In this document: positions 26,837 through 37,449 of the stretch, piece after piece
Numbering within the stretch: the first letter of the stretch is position 1
How the letters are laid out: each line of letters starts with the position of its first letter
IMG/VR virus record: IMGVR_UViG_3300020048_003296
Coordinates: 1-64,000 of that record
Length of the DNA stretch: 64,000 nt
Direction: 5' to 3' (one strand)
Source of the DNA: an uncultured virus (IMG/VR IMGVR_UViG_3300020048_003296)
Taxonomy: Duplodnaviria; Heunggongvirae; Uroviricota; Caudoviricetes
Notes under the pieces: model-generated
What the model was told of the DNA's origin: nothing
The model's database searches: none
What the model saw: only the letters and a program-made list of their open reading frames with translations
Translations under genes and position numbers: made by a program

Positions 26837-29428
26837 ATGAAAACAGGTTTTTTCTGCGAGGATACACCATGCATTTCTCGTGGTGATGAAAAACCGAAAA
26901 TTAAAAAAATAAAAGAACCAAAAAAGGTGGGTTGCGATTCATGCGGATTACACCATGACTGCAACTCGCCTAAAATGGGTATACAGGGAAAAGGCGAAAA
27001 GAAAATACTTGTTATAATCGATTCACCCGGAAATAATGATGATAAAACCGGAAAGTATTTATCCGGCCAATCGGGAAAAAGAATAACCGATATATTTAAT
27101 TTATATTGCAATTTTAAAAATGATTGTTGGGTAATGGGCGCGGTACAGTGTCATTCCAACAAAGAATTAAAAGGCGCCCCGATATGCGCATGTGCCAACA
27201 AAGTACAAAAGGCTATAAAAGATTTACAACCAGCAGTTATTATCACATTGGGAAAACTTGCTATTGATTCCGTGGTATCGCATAAAATGACAGGACGGCT
27301 TTCCGGATTGGCGTTACACGATTGGGTAGGATATAAAATACCTGACCAAGAATACCAAACAATGATATGTCCAACATGGGAACCGAAAATGCTTATAACT
27401 AATCAAGATAAATGTGATAGGGTTATAACAAGCCAAATGCACTCCCATTTATATGCCGCGATTAAACTAGCAGACAAGCCGTTTTATACTCATAATTATT
27501 TATCTGATATTATTGTAGTCGAAGACGTAAAAGAAGCAATCGATATTCTACAAATTATGCAAAGTAAAAAGGCGTTTGCTTTTGATTATGAAACCACTGG
27601 AATAAAACCATACCGTGAAGGCCATGAGATTTATACAGTATCGATCAGCGATGGTTTTATGGGATATTCATTTCCATTTTTTAATTACCCAGATTTTAGA
27701 ATCGAATGGAAAAAGACGATGCAATGCGAAGCAGGAAAAATAGCGCATAATGCAAAGTTTGAAATGTTATGGACAAAGAATCGCGCAGGATTAGATAATA
27801 CAAAAGGTTATTGGCCTAAAAATACAATTGCTTGCACGATGCTTAATGCCCATGGAATACATAATAAGAAAAAAACAAATTTGAAGTTTCTTGTATATGT
27901 TAATTTTGGAATAGCCGGTTATGATTCTGCTATTGACGCATACCTTGAACCGACAAGTGAAGAAAAAGAAAAATATGGTGCAAATGCCATTAACCAAATA
28001 AAGCAAGCACCATTAAAAGATTTATTAAAGTATGGTGGATTAGATTCCTATTTTACTTATAAATTATGGGAATTACAAAAAACAGAATTGATTCCAGGAT
28101 TTACGCAACTCGGAGCTGATTTCTTTCTTGATAGCGTAAAGGAATTGGCAAAAGCGGAAAATGTTGGTTTGTTGCTTGACGTTCCTAATGCTGAATTACA
28201 ATATAAAAAACTAACAAAGAAAATGGAACGCGCTGAATATGCAATTTCTATATCTGATGAAATAAAAAAATGGGATAAAGAAAAACCATTCCGTGTTTCC
28301 GCGCCTGCCGATTTAACGCATTTGCTTTTTGATTGCTTAAAAATAAAAGCGAATAAGGATGATTTAACACCAACTGGAAAACCAAAATCTGATATTGAGT
28401 CATTGGAAAAATATGATAACGAAATAGTGCAATCCGTTTTAAAATGGCGCAAGATGAAAAAGACACGCGATACATATTTAAACGGTTTTATCCGCGAGGC
28501 ATCGGATGGCATTATTCATACTTCATTGAATCTGCATACCGTCGATACATATAGGAGTTCGAGCAACGATCCGAACTTGCAGAATATTCCGGCGCGGGAT
28601 TTTGAAGTAATGACATTGTTAAGAAAACTTTTAATTGCACGACCAAATCATAAATTGGTTGAGTACGACTACAAAGCCATGGAAGCCGTAATTATTGCGG
28701 TTTATAATAAAGATCCAAATTGGATTAAATATGTTTCGGACGTCAATAATGATATGCACCGGGACATGGCGGCAAAACTTGTTATAAAAAAGAAACAGGA
28801 TGTAACAAAAGATGAAAGGCAGATTGCCAAGAATGGTTTTGTATTTCCAACAGTGTACACTTCCTATTGGAAAAATACGGCAAAGAATATGTGGGATATG
28901 TACAATGAAGAAACATTAATACATTTAAAATCTGAAGGCATAAAAAACTTGGAAGATTATCGTTGCCATGTTAAGAAAGTTGAAAAATGGTTTTGGGAAG
29001 ATCAATTTCCAGTCGGCTATGAGTGGATGAATAAAGCGGTAAAGGATTATGAATCTGCGGGATACGTGACATTGCTCGGTGGTTTTAAATGCTATGGCCC
29101 AATGTCACGCGCTCAAATAATAAATACGCCAGTACAAGGAACGGCGAGTCATTGCAAATTATGGACGTTAAATCGTGTTAGTAAATTGATTGAAAAAAAG
29201 AAAATGAATAGTAAAATAATATTGGAAATACACGATTCAATAATACCGGACATTGATCCTGCAGAAGAATCATATTTGGATTACCAGATGTGGTTATACG
29301 GTACGCAGAAAATACGGGAATACTGGCCATGGCTGATAACTCCCTTGTACGTGGAAAAAAAGGTTAGCGCAGTTTCTGGTAATTGGGCCGAAATGACTAC
29401 GGAAGGCTTATTGCATTATGAAAAGTAA
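26837..29428 (+). CDS. Family A DNA polymerase with N-terminal UDG-like and 3'-5' exonuclease domains
   Basis: CDSCGL UDG4-like N-terminus; FDYETTG, HNAKFE; PNLQNIP, DYKAME, RQIAK, VQG, IHDS. Confidence 0.9.
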   Translation: MKTGFFCEDTPCISRGDEKPKIKKIKEPKKVGCDSCGLHHDCNSPKMGIQGKGEKKILVIIDSPGNNDDKTGKYLSGQSGKRITDIFNLYCNFKNDCWVMGAVQCHSNKELKGAPICACANKVQKAIKDLQPAVIITLGKLAIDSVVSHKMTGRLSGLALHDWVGYKIPDQEYQTMICPTWEPKMLITNQDKCDRVITSQMHSHLYAAIKLADKPFYTHNYLSDIIVVEDVKEAIDILQIMQSKKAFAFDYETTGIKPYREGHEIYTVSISDGFMGYSFPFFNYPDFRIEWKKTMQCEAGKIAHNAKFEMLWTKNRAGLDNTKGYWPKNTIACTMLNAHGIHNKKKTNLKFLVYVNFGIAGYDSAIDAYLEPTSEEKEKYGANAINQIKQAPLKDLLKYGGLDSYFTYKLWELQKTELIPGFTQLGADFFLDSVKELAKAENVGLLLDVPNAELQYKKLTKKMERAEYAISISDEIKKWDKEKPFRVSAPADLTHLLFDCLKIKANKDDLTPTGKPKSDIESLEKYDNEIVQSVLKWRKMKKTRDTYLNGFIREASDGIIHTSLNLHTVDTYRSSSNDPNLQNIPARDFEVMTLLRKLLIARPNHKLVEYDYKAMEAVIIAVYNKDPNWIKYVSDVNNDMHRDMAAKLVIKKKQDVTKDERQIAKNGFVFPTVYTSYWKNTAKNMWDMYNEETLIHLKSEGIKNLEDYRCHVKKVEKWFWEDQFPVGYEWMNKAVKDYESAGYVTLLGGFKCYGPMSRAQIINTPVQGTASHCKLWTLNRVSKLIEKKKMNSKIILEIHDSIIPDIDPAEESYLDYQMWLYGTQKIREYWPWLITPLYVEKKVSAVSGNWAEMTTEGLLHYEK

Positions 29429-30212
29429 TGAAATGTATGGTTATATTTATTTAACGATAAATAGAATAAACGGCAAATATTATATTGGTCAACACCGGGC
29501 AATACGCTATTCTATAAAATACAAAGGTTCTGGAAAATTACTTAAAAATGCTATTAGCAAATACGGGGAAAATAATTTTGATACTGCGATGCTTATGGCT
29601 ATTTATAACAAAAAGACAGTAGCATTATCGCAACTTGCTTTAGACACGGCAGAAGTTAAGTTTATAACGCAATATCGAAAAGAAAATATTCCCTTATATA
29701 ATATTGCGCGTGGTGGAAAAACCGGGACCCCATTAAAAGGAACTAAAGAATATAATATTTTTATAGCAAATATAAGTAAAACGTTCAAGGGTATTCCAAA
29801 AACTGCTGAGCACAATAGAAAAAATAGTTTGGCAAACAAAGGCGAAAATTGTTATTGGTATGGAAAAACTGGAACGGAACATCCCGCAACTGGTAGAAAA
29901 CATTCTGCCGAGGCCAAAGAAAAAAATAGAATTGCACATCTTGGGAAAAGTCCATCAAATAAAGGGATAGCCATGTCCGATGAACAAAAGAAAAAACTAA
30001 GCATAGCGTGTATGGGACAAAAGAATGCAAAGGGCGCAAAACATTCCGCGCAATCAAAAAAGGCACAATCAGAAAAAATGAAAGGCCGTTATGCAGGAGA
30101 AAATAATCCAATGTTTGGAGTACATAGATTTGGTGTTGACTCGCCGCATTATGGTCATCATGAGCCATATAAGAAGAACAGATTAAAAGGAGAAACAATA
30201 AAATGGATTTGA
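29418..30212 (+). CDS. GIY-YIG homing endonuclease with NUMOD3-like repeats
   Basis: GYIY...YYIGQ; repeated H(S/T)xExK and GENNPMFG units. Confidence 0.85.
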   Translation: MKSNEMYGYIYLTINRINGKYYIGQHRAIRYSIKYKGSGKLLKNAISKYGENNFDTAMLMAIYNKKTVALSQLALDTAEVKFITQYRKENIPLYNIARGGKTGTPLKGTKEYNIFIANISKTFKGIPKTAEHNRKNSLANKGENCYWYGKTGTEHPATGRKHSAEAKEKNRIAHLGKSPSNKGIAMSDEQKKKLSIACMGQKNAKGAKHSAQSKKAQSEKMKGRYAGENNPMFGVHRFGVDSPHYGHHEPYKKNRLKGETIKWI

Positions 30213-30586
30213 ACGAATTACGGGACGCAGTACACAAGAACGCGGTCGATCATGGCTTTTATGATATTGATACTAGTATGTTAAATAGACATAACGTACT
30301 TGAAAAACTCATGCTTGTCGTTTCTGAATTGGGAGAAGCGTGCGAGGCGTACAGAAAAGGGCATTATGCAAAACCGCAGAGAACAGATTATAAACTTTTT
30401 GGGGATGCGGATTTTAAAACAATGTTTGAAATAAATGTTAAAGATACCTTTGAAGATGAGATTGCCGACACCATTATACGGCTTTTGGATTTGTCCGGTT
30501 ATATGGGCATTGATATAGAAAAGCATATTGCATTAAAAATGCGATATAACGCAAACCGCCCATATAAACACGGTAAAATATGCTGA
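30203..30586 (+). CDS. MazG-like nucleotide pyrophosphohydrolase
   Basis: SELGEACEA, EDEIAD, KMRYNANRPYKHGK. Confidence 0.85.
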   Translation: MDLNELRDAVHKNAVDHGFYDIDTSMLNRHNVLEKLMLVVSELGEACEAYRKGHYAKPQRTDYKLFGDADFKTMFEINVKDTFEDEIADTIIRLLDLSGYMGIDIEKHIALKMRYNANRPYKHGKIC

Positions 30587-30672
30587 AATATCGTCTACAA
30601 TCGATGCAAAACGCTATAGGCGTATAAAATCACGTTTTCCAGGAATAAATCGATTGTAGCGCCAGGAAACGT
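30586..30672 (+). repeat. Dispersed 87-bp repeat, copy A
   Basis: Core CGTATAAAATCACG at 30621-30634. Confidence 0.8.
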
Positions 30673-30843
30673 GCTTTAAACGGGTTTAAAAGGGGTTTAA
30701 AATGACGAAAGAGCAACAAGAAGCAGTAGATTGGGGAATTGCGCAATATACTGGACGAAAAGTTGGCAGTAAAGATAATTGTATTAAAATGAAAGTATTA
30801 GTTGATATGGCAATAAAATCAGATAGTTTTGTCTATAATATAA

Positions 30844-31125
30844 ATGATAAAAAGGAGAAACAAAATGCCTAATACTTGCGAGTGCGAATATCAAGTATGG
30901 TCGGGAAGAAATAAAACAATTGGAATGCACACGAATATGCCTGAACTCGTTTCTTGCGGAAAACCAGCAGGTTCAATTTTGCTACCTACGAATAAACAGG
31001 TTAAGAAATATTTAGGAAAAAGAACACAGATTTTCCTTTGTGCTGAACACCGCGAATTTGTGATGGACGCAATAATGCCGCCTGAATCAATTGTTGAAAA
31101 GCAGAAAGGATTTGATTTAATATGA
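30844..31125 (+). CDS. Hypothetical Cys-containing protein
   Basis: Follows a promoter motif; AGGAG RBS before an internal ATG. Confidence 0.5.
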   Translation: MIKRRNKMPNTCECEYQVWSGRNKTIGMHTNMPELVSCGKPAGSILLPTNKQVKKYLGKRTQIFLCAEHREFVMDAIMPPESIVEKQKGFDLI

Positions 31126-32051
31126 CTTTGTATAACAAACACAGACCAGAATCTTTTGAAGACGTTATTGGAAATGAAGCGGCATTGAAGACCGCAGAAA
31201 AATCATTGCAGAAAAAAAATCATTCGCATGTATATCTTTTATCTGGCCCGCCTGGAACTGGTAAAACCACGATTGCGCGAATTATGGCGAAAATGGTTGG
31301 TGCATCGGAAATGGATATCCGAGAAATAAACACATCGAGCGCCCGTGGTATTGATACGGCACGCGAAATAATCCAACAAATGCGTATGCTTCCAATGGAT
31401 GGAAATGCGATTGTATATATCCTTGATGAGTGCCATAAATTCACCAACGATATGCAGAACGCGCTTCTCAAACCCCTTGAAGACACGCCAGAACACATTT
31501 ATTTTTTCCTTTGCACAACTAATCCTGAAAAACTTATAACAGCAATAAAATCACGATGTAAAGAAATAAAAACAAAAGCCCTTCCAGTCGATTCTATTAT
31601 GCTTGTTTTGCGCCGTGTAAATAAATTAGAAAAATTAAATATTAACAAAGAAATATTACAAGAAATTGCCGATGCAAGTGAAGGCAGTTCAAGACGCGCA
31701 TTGGTTCTATTGGAAAGTATTGCGGACGCAGAACAAAAAGATTATAAAGCGATTTTAAAGAATGCAGAAAATGCAGAAAATGATCCTGAAATAATTGAAC
31801 TGGCACGCATGCTTTTAAATGAAAAAAACCAATGGCGTGAAATCGCAGTACTATTGAAAAAATTGAAAGAAAGCGGAAAACTGGATGAACCAGAAACCGT
31901 GCGTTATATCGTACTTGGATACATGAATACAGTTTTACTTTCCGGTAAAAAAATACCACGCGCAATACTCGCAATGGAAGCATTTTCTGAACCAACATAT
32001 AATACCGGAAAAGTTGGTATAACTTTGGCGTGTATTAATACAATATCATAA
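31122..32051 (+). CDS. Clamp loader AAA+ (DnaX gamma/tau-like)
   Basis: HRPESF, GPPGTGKTT, DECH, NALLKPLE, SRC. Confidence 0.9.
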   Translation: MTLYNKHRPESFEDVIGNEAALKTAEKSLQKKNHSHVYLLSGPPGTGKTTIARIMAKMVGASEMDIREINTSSARGIDTAREIIQQMRMLPMDGNAIVYILDECHKFTNDMQNALLKPLEDTPEHIYFFLCTTNPEKLITAIKSRCKEIKTKALPVDSIMLVLRRVNKLEKLNINKEILQEIADASEGSSRRALVLLESIADAEQKDYKAILKNAENAENDPEIIELARMLLNEKNQWREIAVLLKKLKESGKLDEPETVRYIVLGYMNTVLLSGKKIPRAILAMEAFSEPTYNTGKVGITLACINTIS

Positions 32052-32403
32052 GGAGGTTTTATGCATAATTTATTTGGTATGCCAGTTTATGTGCAGATAT
32101 TTTGCGTAATTTTAATTATTGTTGCTATTTATATTTGTATAAGGGAGTTTCTTGATTAATATCTTGACAATTTTATCTATAATATATACGTGGAGGAAAC
32201 ATGAGCATAATTAGTGATATATGTGCAGATGCAAGTAACGGAATAAAAGATCGATGGGTAATAAAATTAAAGTTTGCATTTGAAGAAAAAAACTGGGAAC
32301 TCATTGAAGAAATTATAAAAGAAATTGCATTGTTTCGATTTGCGGAATAGAAATGAATGAAGGCGATTCTAAATCGCTTTAAATATTTTGTAAGGAGTCA
32401 AAC

Positions 32404-32949
32404 ATGACAGGACAGGAAATCGCGGCTGAGTTGAAGGTTCACCCGGACGTAATGAAGATTGCATTGCGTGAAGCAGGTGTTGAGGTTTTGCGCGGACGTA
32501 ATCCTAAGGATTATTCCGAAAAGGAAAGGGCAAAGATCGTGAAGGCGGTTACGCTCATTATCGAAGGTTGGAAGTATCCCAAAGCCGCAAAGAAGGAAAA
32601 GGTCGCAGAAAAGCCCGAGCCGAAACAGGTTAAGGAAGATAAACCTGCAAAGAAAGAAGTAAAAAAGGAAGAAAAGAAAGTCGTTCCAAAGTCCAAGGAA
32701 ATCAAACCGGTAAAGAAACCCTCAAAGCCCGCAAAGCCCGCAGTCGTTGAAGATGACGATGAGGATGAGGGCGAGGTAACCAGGCCCGTTGCCAAAGTCG
32801 ATCCCAAGAAAAAGATTCTGAACACCAAGCCGCCCGTGGACGAGGATGATGATTTCGAGGACGAGGACGATGATATGGAAGAGGACGATGATATGGAAGA
32901 GGACGATGGCGAGGAAGACGATCTGGACGAGGAGGACGATGATGAGTAA
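32404..32949 (+). CDS. HTH-like protein with Lys/Pro-rich linker and very acidic tail
   Basis: AAGGAG RBS; D/E-run C-terminus. Confidence 0.7.
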   Translation: MTGQEIAAELKVHPDVMKIALREAGVEVLRGRNPKDYSEKERAKIVKAVTLIIEGWKYPKAAKKEKVAEKPEPKQVKEDKPAKKEVKKEEKKVVPKSKEIKPVKKPSKPAKPAVVEDDDEDEGEVTRPVAKVDPKKKILNTKPPVDEDDDFEDEDDDMEEDDDMEEDDGEEDDLDEEDDDE

Positions 32950-33409
32950 AGAACGCGATTTCGATACCGATATTAAAATAAATAAATATCAGTTGGAAAT
33001 CGAGTGCGAGCAACATGCATCCACGTACCTTTATTGGGCACGCNNNNNNNNNNATAGCGCGGATGATACATTGAAACTTGTATCCGCGCAAACCGATTTG
33101 GAAGTTCGCAATACTTGGGATGAGCGCAACGGAAAGCAGACAGAAAATTCTATCAAGGCCGTGGTAGAGTCGCATGAAAATATTATAACAGCAAAAGCTG
33201 ATTATAATAAAATCCAGCGCGAAGTAAACACACTGTCCGCAGTAGTAACGGCAATGGAACATCGGCGCGATATGCTCAAGTGTGAAAAGGAACTTCTTAT
33301 CGGGGGTTTTTATTCAGCGCCCAATGGTGGGAAACGTGAGGGCGCAACGGAAGCGGTTCAACGTGAAGTACGCGGAAAGCTTAACAAGCATAAGAAGGAG
33401 GACGAATGA
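32942..33409 (+). CDS. UvsY-like recombination mediator (contains N-gap)
   Basis: Helical protein upstream of SSB and RecA; start MSKERDF. Confidence 0.5.
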   Translation: MSKERDFDTDIKINKYQLEIECEQHASTYLYWARXXXXSADDTLKLVSAQTDLEVRNTWDERNGKQTENSIKAVVESHENIITAKADYNKIQREVNTLSAVVTAMEHRRDMLKCEKELLIGGFYSAPNGGKREGATEAVQREVRGKLNKHKKEDE

Positions 33410-34521
33410 AAAAAAGCAAGAAAGAAAAAAGTAACGCGCTGAAGGATCGACTAAAGCGCAGTTATGATTCTAAGGACAAAGGTGGTTCCAATCGACCACA
33501 AGCATTTGATTGGAAAAAAGCCGGTGATATTAAATTTTATAAACCCAAGGAAGGTAAAAATAAAATTAATATCATCCCGTATATCGTCAAGACAAAGAAC
33601 GATCCATTGGTACGTGCCGGTGATGCAAAAATTGGTGATGAATCATATATGCTTGATATTTGGGTGCATCGTAATGTTGGCCCGACTCAGGCAGAAGTGA
33701 TTTGCCCAAAATCCAATTTTAGCAAGCCGTGCCCGATTTGCAAGCAGGCGCAGGAATTCAAGGATGCCGGTAAAAAGGATGAAGCATCCGCACTATGGCC
33801 GAAACGCCAGTGCTTGTACAATGTACAGGACGCGAAAAACCCAGAAGCCGGTATTCAGGTTTTCGCAATCAGTCATTTTCTTTTTGAGAAAGAACTGATC
33901 GAAGAAGCGCGTGCCGCGAGTGATGATGGTGACATTATCGACTTTGTGGATATTGACGATGGCAAAATGGTCACGTTCCGCGCCGCAGAAGAAACCAGCA
34001 ATATCAATGGAAAAGCAGTTACGTATCTTTCTTATAAATCATTTGGTTTTGCGGAAAGGGATGAAGCGCTTGATCCTGAAATGGTCGAGCAAGCAACGTC
34101 ATTCGATGAATTGATGAAGCTTCCCACGGATAAGGAAATTGAGGCTTTGCTTTTTGGTGAAGACGATGATTCCGAGGACGATGAGGACGAAAAGCCCGCC
34201 AAGAAAGATGTTAAGAAAACTTCCAAGAAACCTGATCCGGATGAAGACGATGATGAGGACGAGGAAGAAGAATCGGATGACGAGGAAGACGATGACGATG
34301 ATTCCGAGGAAGACGATGATGAGGACGAGGAAGAAGAAAAGCCTGCAAAGAAAGCAGTAAAGAAAGCCCCGCCCGCGAAAGAAACAAAGGCGCCCAAAAA
34401 AGGCGTATGTCCTGAAGGTCACAAGTTCGGAATCGATTGCGATAAAAAGGACGAGTGCGAGGATTGCGAAATGTGGGCTGATTGCACAAAAGAGCAGATG
34501 AAGCTCAAGAAAAAGAAGTGA
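33406..34521 (+). CDS. Single-stranded DNA-binding protein (gp32-like)
   Basis: FYKPKEG, H..CP..PCPIC Zn motif, long acidic tract, extra C-terminal Cys cluster. Confidence 0.7.
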   Translation: MKKSKKEKSNALKDRLKRSYDSKDKGGSNRPQAFDWKKAGDIKFYKPKEGKNKINIIPYIVKTKNDPLVRAGDAKIGDESYMLDIWVHRNVGPTQAEVICPKSNFSKPCPICKQAQEFKDAGKKDEASALWPKRQCLYNVQDAKNPEAGIQVFAISHFLFEKELIEEARAASDDGDIIDFVDIDDGKMVTFRAAEETSNINGKAVTYLSYKSFGFAERDEALDPEMVEQATSFDELMKLPTDKEIEALLFGEDDDSEDDEDEKPAKKDVKKTSKKPDPDEDDDEDEEEESDDEEDDDDDSEEDDDEDEEEEKPAKKAVKKAPPAKETKAPKKGVCPEGHKFGIDCDKKDECEDCEMWADCTKEQMKLKKKK

Positions 34522-34557
34522 TATAAAAATATGTTGGTAGATAAAATCGCCAGCGAG

Positions 34558-34594
34558 TATAACGGCCTCAGCATAAGGGAGGCCGTTATATTTT
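34558..34594 (+). terminator. Intrinsic terminator after SSB
   Basis: TATAACGGCCTC/GAGGCCGTTATA 12-bp stem followed by TTTT. Confidence 0.6.
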
Positions 34595-34858
34595 GCGCAA
34601 AGTATAAATATTTTATAACGCGGCAGGGATTAAGTCAAATTGGAAAAAAATATGGATTTGTTTCAATAATAAAAAAACATGATATTGTAAATAAAGAACG
34701 TCTGATATTCCATTTAAAAATAGTAACCTCGCCGATACCACAAGGTTATGTTTTATTGCGCGCTATGATTTTCTTGGCCAAGAATAGTTCATATTTCTAT
34801 AATACAGTAAATAAAAGTAACTTAAATATTATCCGTTGCGGACAGGAGCAAAAACGCT

Positions 34859-36127
34859 ATGCGAAAGAATCAGATATCAGAAAACTCTTTGAAAACAATT
34901 GAGGATTCTATTTTACATAAAAAGAAAATAACGCCAAAAAATGAGGGTATACGATTTCCAACTGGTTGCGATTTGTTGGATACAGTCGTGGGCGGTGGCG
35001 ATGGCATGGGGTATCCTGCCGGGCGCATTGTAAACTTCGTGGGTGACAAATCGAGCGGCAAAACATTCCTTGCCATCGAGGTTATTGTCGCTTCATATTA
35101 TAAATACAAAAAGAAATTAAAGTGGTGTTATGATGATAGTGAATCCGGATTCTCTTTTAATACTAAAAATATATATGGTATTGAAGTGATGCCAGTTGAT
35201 AAAGATAAGCGCAAAAAAAGTAAAACGGTCGAAGATTTATATTGCAATGTGCGCGAATTTGCAGAGGGGCTTTCTGAAAATGAAATGGGTATTTATGTAT
35301 GCGATAGTTTGGATGGCGTAGGGTCAGAAGAAGCAAATAAAACCGCCAACACGCAATACGATGTATTCCAAGGAAGGAAACAAGAAAAAGATAAAAAAGG
35401 TTCATACAAAATGGGCAAAGCAAAATATCTTTCCGATACATTCTTTCCACAATTATCTGATTACTTAGAAGAAAAAAATGTATTGCTTATAATAATATCA
35501 CAAGTGCGCACGAATATTGATCCAATGAGTTTTGAAAAGTTTACACGCGCAGGCGGAAAGGCATTAGATTTTTATTGCCATACCGTATTGTGGCTTGCGA
35601 ATATCCGCAAACTAAAAAAGAAAGAACGCGCCGTTGGTGTTGTGGTAAAAGGGAAAACAACAAAAAGCAAAACACCGCGCCCGTATCGTGAATTGTATTT
35701 CTCTTTGCTGTTCGATTATGGTTTGGATAGTATCAGCACGAATGTAGATTTTCTTTATGATTTCTTAACACCGACCGGGCAGGTGGAAGCGGGTGCAAGC
35801 GCGGCATGGGATACAGGCGCAGATTATACGATGAATCAATTAAAAGGTTTTTTGATTGAAGCGAAAAAAGAAAATTATTATAGAAAAAATGTGAATAAAA
35901 AATTAACAAAAGATGGAATATTAGAATGGCTACATTTGGACGAAAATGTTAAACTATTAAGGAAATTGGAACGGCTATACGCATTGAAAATGAAGCGTTT
36001 GGATTTAATCGAGTACATTGAAAAGAATAATCTGCAAAAAGAACTAACAGAAAGGACGCTAGCAAAATGGGAGCAGATCGAGGACAGTATCAAGAGCAAT
36101 CGACCGCCGAAGTATCCAAAAAACTAA
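34859..36127 (+). CDS. RecA/UvsX-like recombinase
   Basis: PTGCDLLD, GDKSSGKT, VCDSL, ISQVR, GGKALDFY. Confidence 0.88.
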   Translation: MRKNQISENSLKTIEDSILHKKKITPKNEGIRFPTGCDLLDTVVGGGDGMGYPAGRIVNFVGDKSSGKTFLAIEVIVASYYKYKKKLKWCYDDSESGFSFNTKNIYGIEVMPVDKDKRKKSKTVEDLYCNVREFAEGLSENEMGIYVCDSLDGVGSEEANKTANTQYDVFQGRKQEKDKKGSYKMGKAKYLSDTFFPQLSDYLEEKNVLLIIISQVRTNIDPMSFEKFTRAGGKALDFYCHTVLWLANIRKLKKKERAVGVVVKGKTTKSKTPRPYRELYFSLLFDYGLDSISTNVDFLYDFLTPTGQVEAGASAAWDTGADYTMNQLKGFLIEAKKENYYRKNVNKKLTKDGILEWLHLDENVKLLRKLERLYALKMKRLDLIEYIEKNNLQKELTERTLAKWEQIEDSIKSNRPPKYPKN

Positions 36128-36412
36128 GTGAGGAATTCCAAATTGATTATAAAGATTTATATGCAATTTGGAATGAGTATAACCATTTAAAAGTTGAATT
36201 TGCAAGTAAAACGCTTGCTATTGATTTACTTGAAATGAAAGGACTGGAATCATATCTAATATGTTTTGCATTGGAAACGATAAACAAACAAATATTGGAT
36301 AATTTAAAATGAGAAAAGCGTTGACGCCCGATGAAAGATTAAGAATTGATTATAGAATCGAAACTGGGCATGTTTGGAAAATCGGCGGGAAAATGACAAA
36401 GGAGTATAAGAT

Positions 36413-36820
36413 ATGGCTATTAAAAAGAAAATACCAAAAAAGAAAAAACTCCCAACAATCAAGCAATTAAGAAAAAGACTTGATGTTGAGTTCAACGCAT
36501 ATATACGTGAGCGCGATGGAAAATGTATTCTTTGTGGTTCTACTAAAAAACTGCAATGCTCTCATTTTTATGGGAAGCAAGCACGACCGGCAACGCGCTG
36601 GAATGTTACCAATGCTTATGCCATGTGCGCTTCATGTCATTTTAAACATCATCATGGTACTGAGGCGGATTACGCTATAAAATTATTCACAATATATGGT
36701 TTAAAACATATGCTTAAATTACAAAAACAATCGCAGTTACCAATTGAGTACAATAGGGAAATATATAATAATATGATTTTTACATTTAAAAAACTAAGGC
36801 AATCGCTTTGCGCAAAATAA
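36413..36820 (+). CDS. NinG/Rap-like recombination endonuclease
   Basis: FNAYIRERD, CILCG, H, TRW..NA..C..C. Confidence 0.8.
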   Translation: MAIKKKIPKKKKLPTIKQLRKRLDVEFNAYIRERDGKCILCGSTKKLQCSHFYGKQARPATRWNVTNAYAMCASCHFKHHHGTEADYAIKLFTIYGLKHMLKLQKQSQLPIEYNREIYNNMIFTFKKLRQSLCAK

Positions 36821-37449
36821 TTATTTTATTATTATTTATAAATAGTTTTTTATTCGCAGAAACATATATTTATGGAATACCAGAAACTATTTTATTGCAT
36901 TTAATCGAAACGGAAAGCAATTTTAATCCAAATGCAATAAATTATAATAAGAATGGCACAATTGATTATGGACTCATGCAATTAAATAGTTCTAATATAG
37001 AATACTTCACATGGAAATTTAATGATTTTGTTCCTTTTGATCCAATGAATGTAAAAGATAATTTATTTATTGGATGTGCATATTTATACTATCTATATGA
37101 ATATACTGGAACGTGGTATGATGCAATATGGGCATATAATGCAGGGCCCGGTAATTGGAAAAAACGTATCATGCCTGAAGTTACAAAAAGAAAACTTAAT
37201 CATATATTTACCGCATTATTAAGGATGGATTTTATGGCAAATATATCAATACATAGAATACCAGAAATAGAAAAAATAGAACGTGGTCCGCTAAACAATT
37301 GGGAGCCGTATGCATATGGCGATGCAATAGCAACTGAAGTGTGTTGGATCCCGCAGATAATGAAACAACCATGGGGATGGAATCAAGGAATACGGCTTCC
37401 ATTACCAAAAACGAAAAAAATTATACAACATAAACCAAAAAAGGAATAA
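36808..37449 (+). CDS. Lytic transglycosylase (SLT) with signal peptide
   Basis: ES, GLMQ, AYNAG motifs. Confidence 0.88.
   Translation: MRKIIILLLFINSFLFAETYIYGIPETILLHLIETESNFNPNAINYNKNGTIDYGLMQLNSSNIEYFTWKFNDFVPFDPMNVKDNLFIGCAYLYYLYEYTGTWYDAIWAYNAGPGNWKKRIMPEVTKRKLNHIFTALLRMDFMANISIHRIPEIEKIERGPLNNWEPYAYGDAIATEVCWIPQIMKQPWGWNQGIRLPLPKTKKIIQHKPKKE

Noticed and set aside
28254..28262. Additional CTGATGA hammerhead-like core
   Set aside because: Inside the polymerase CDS with no flanking stems
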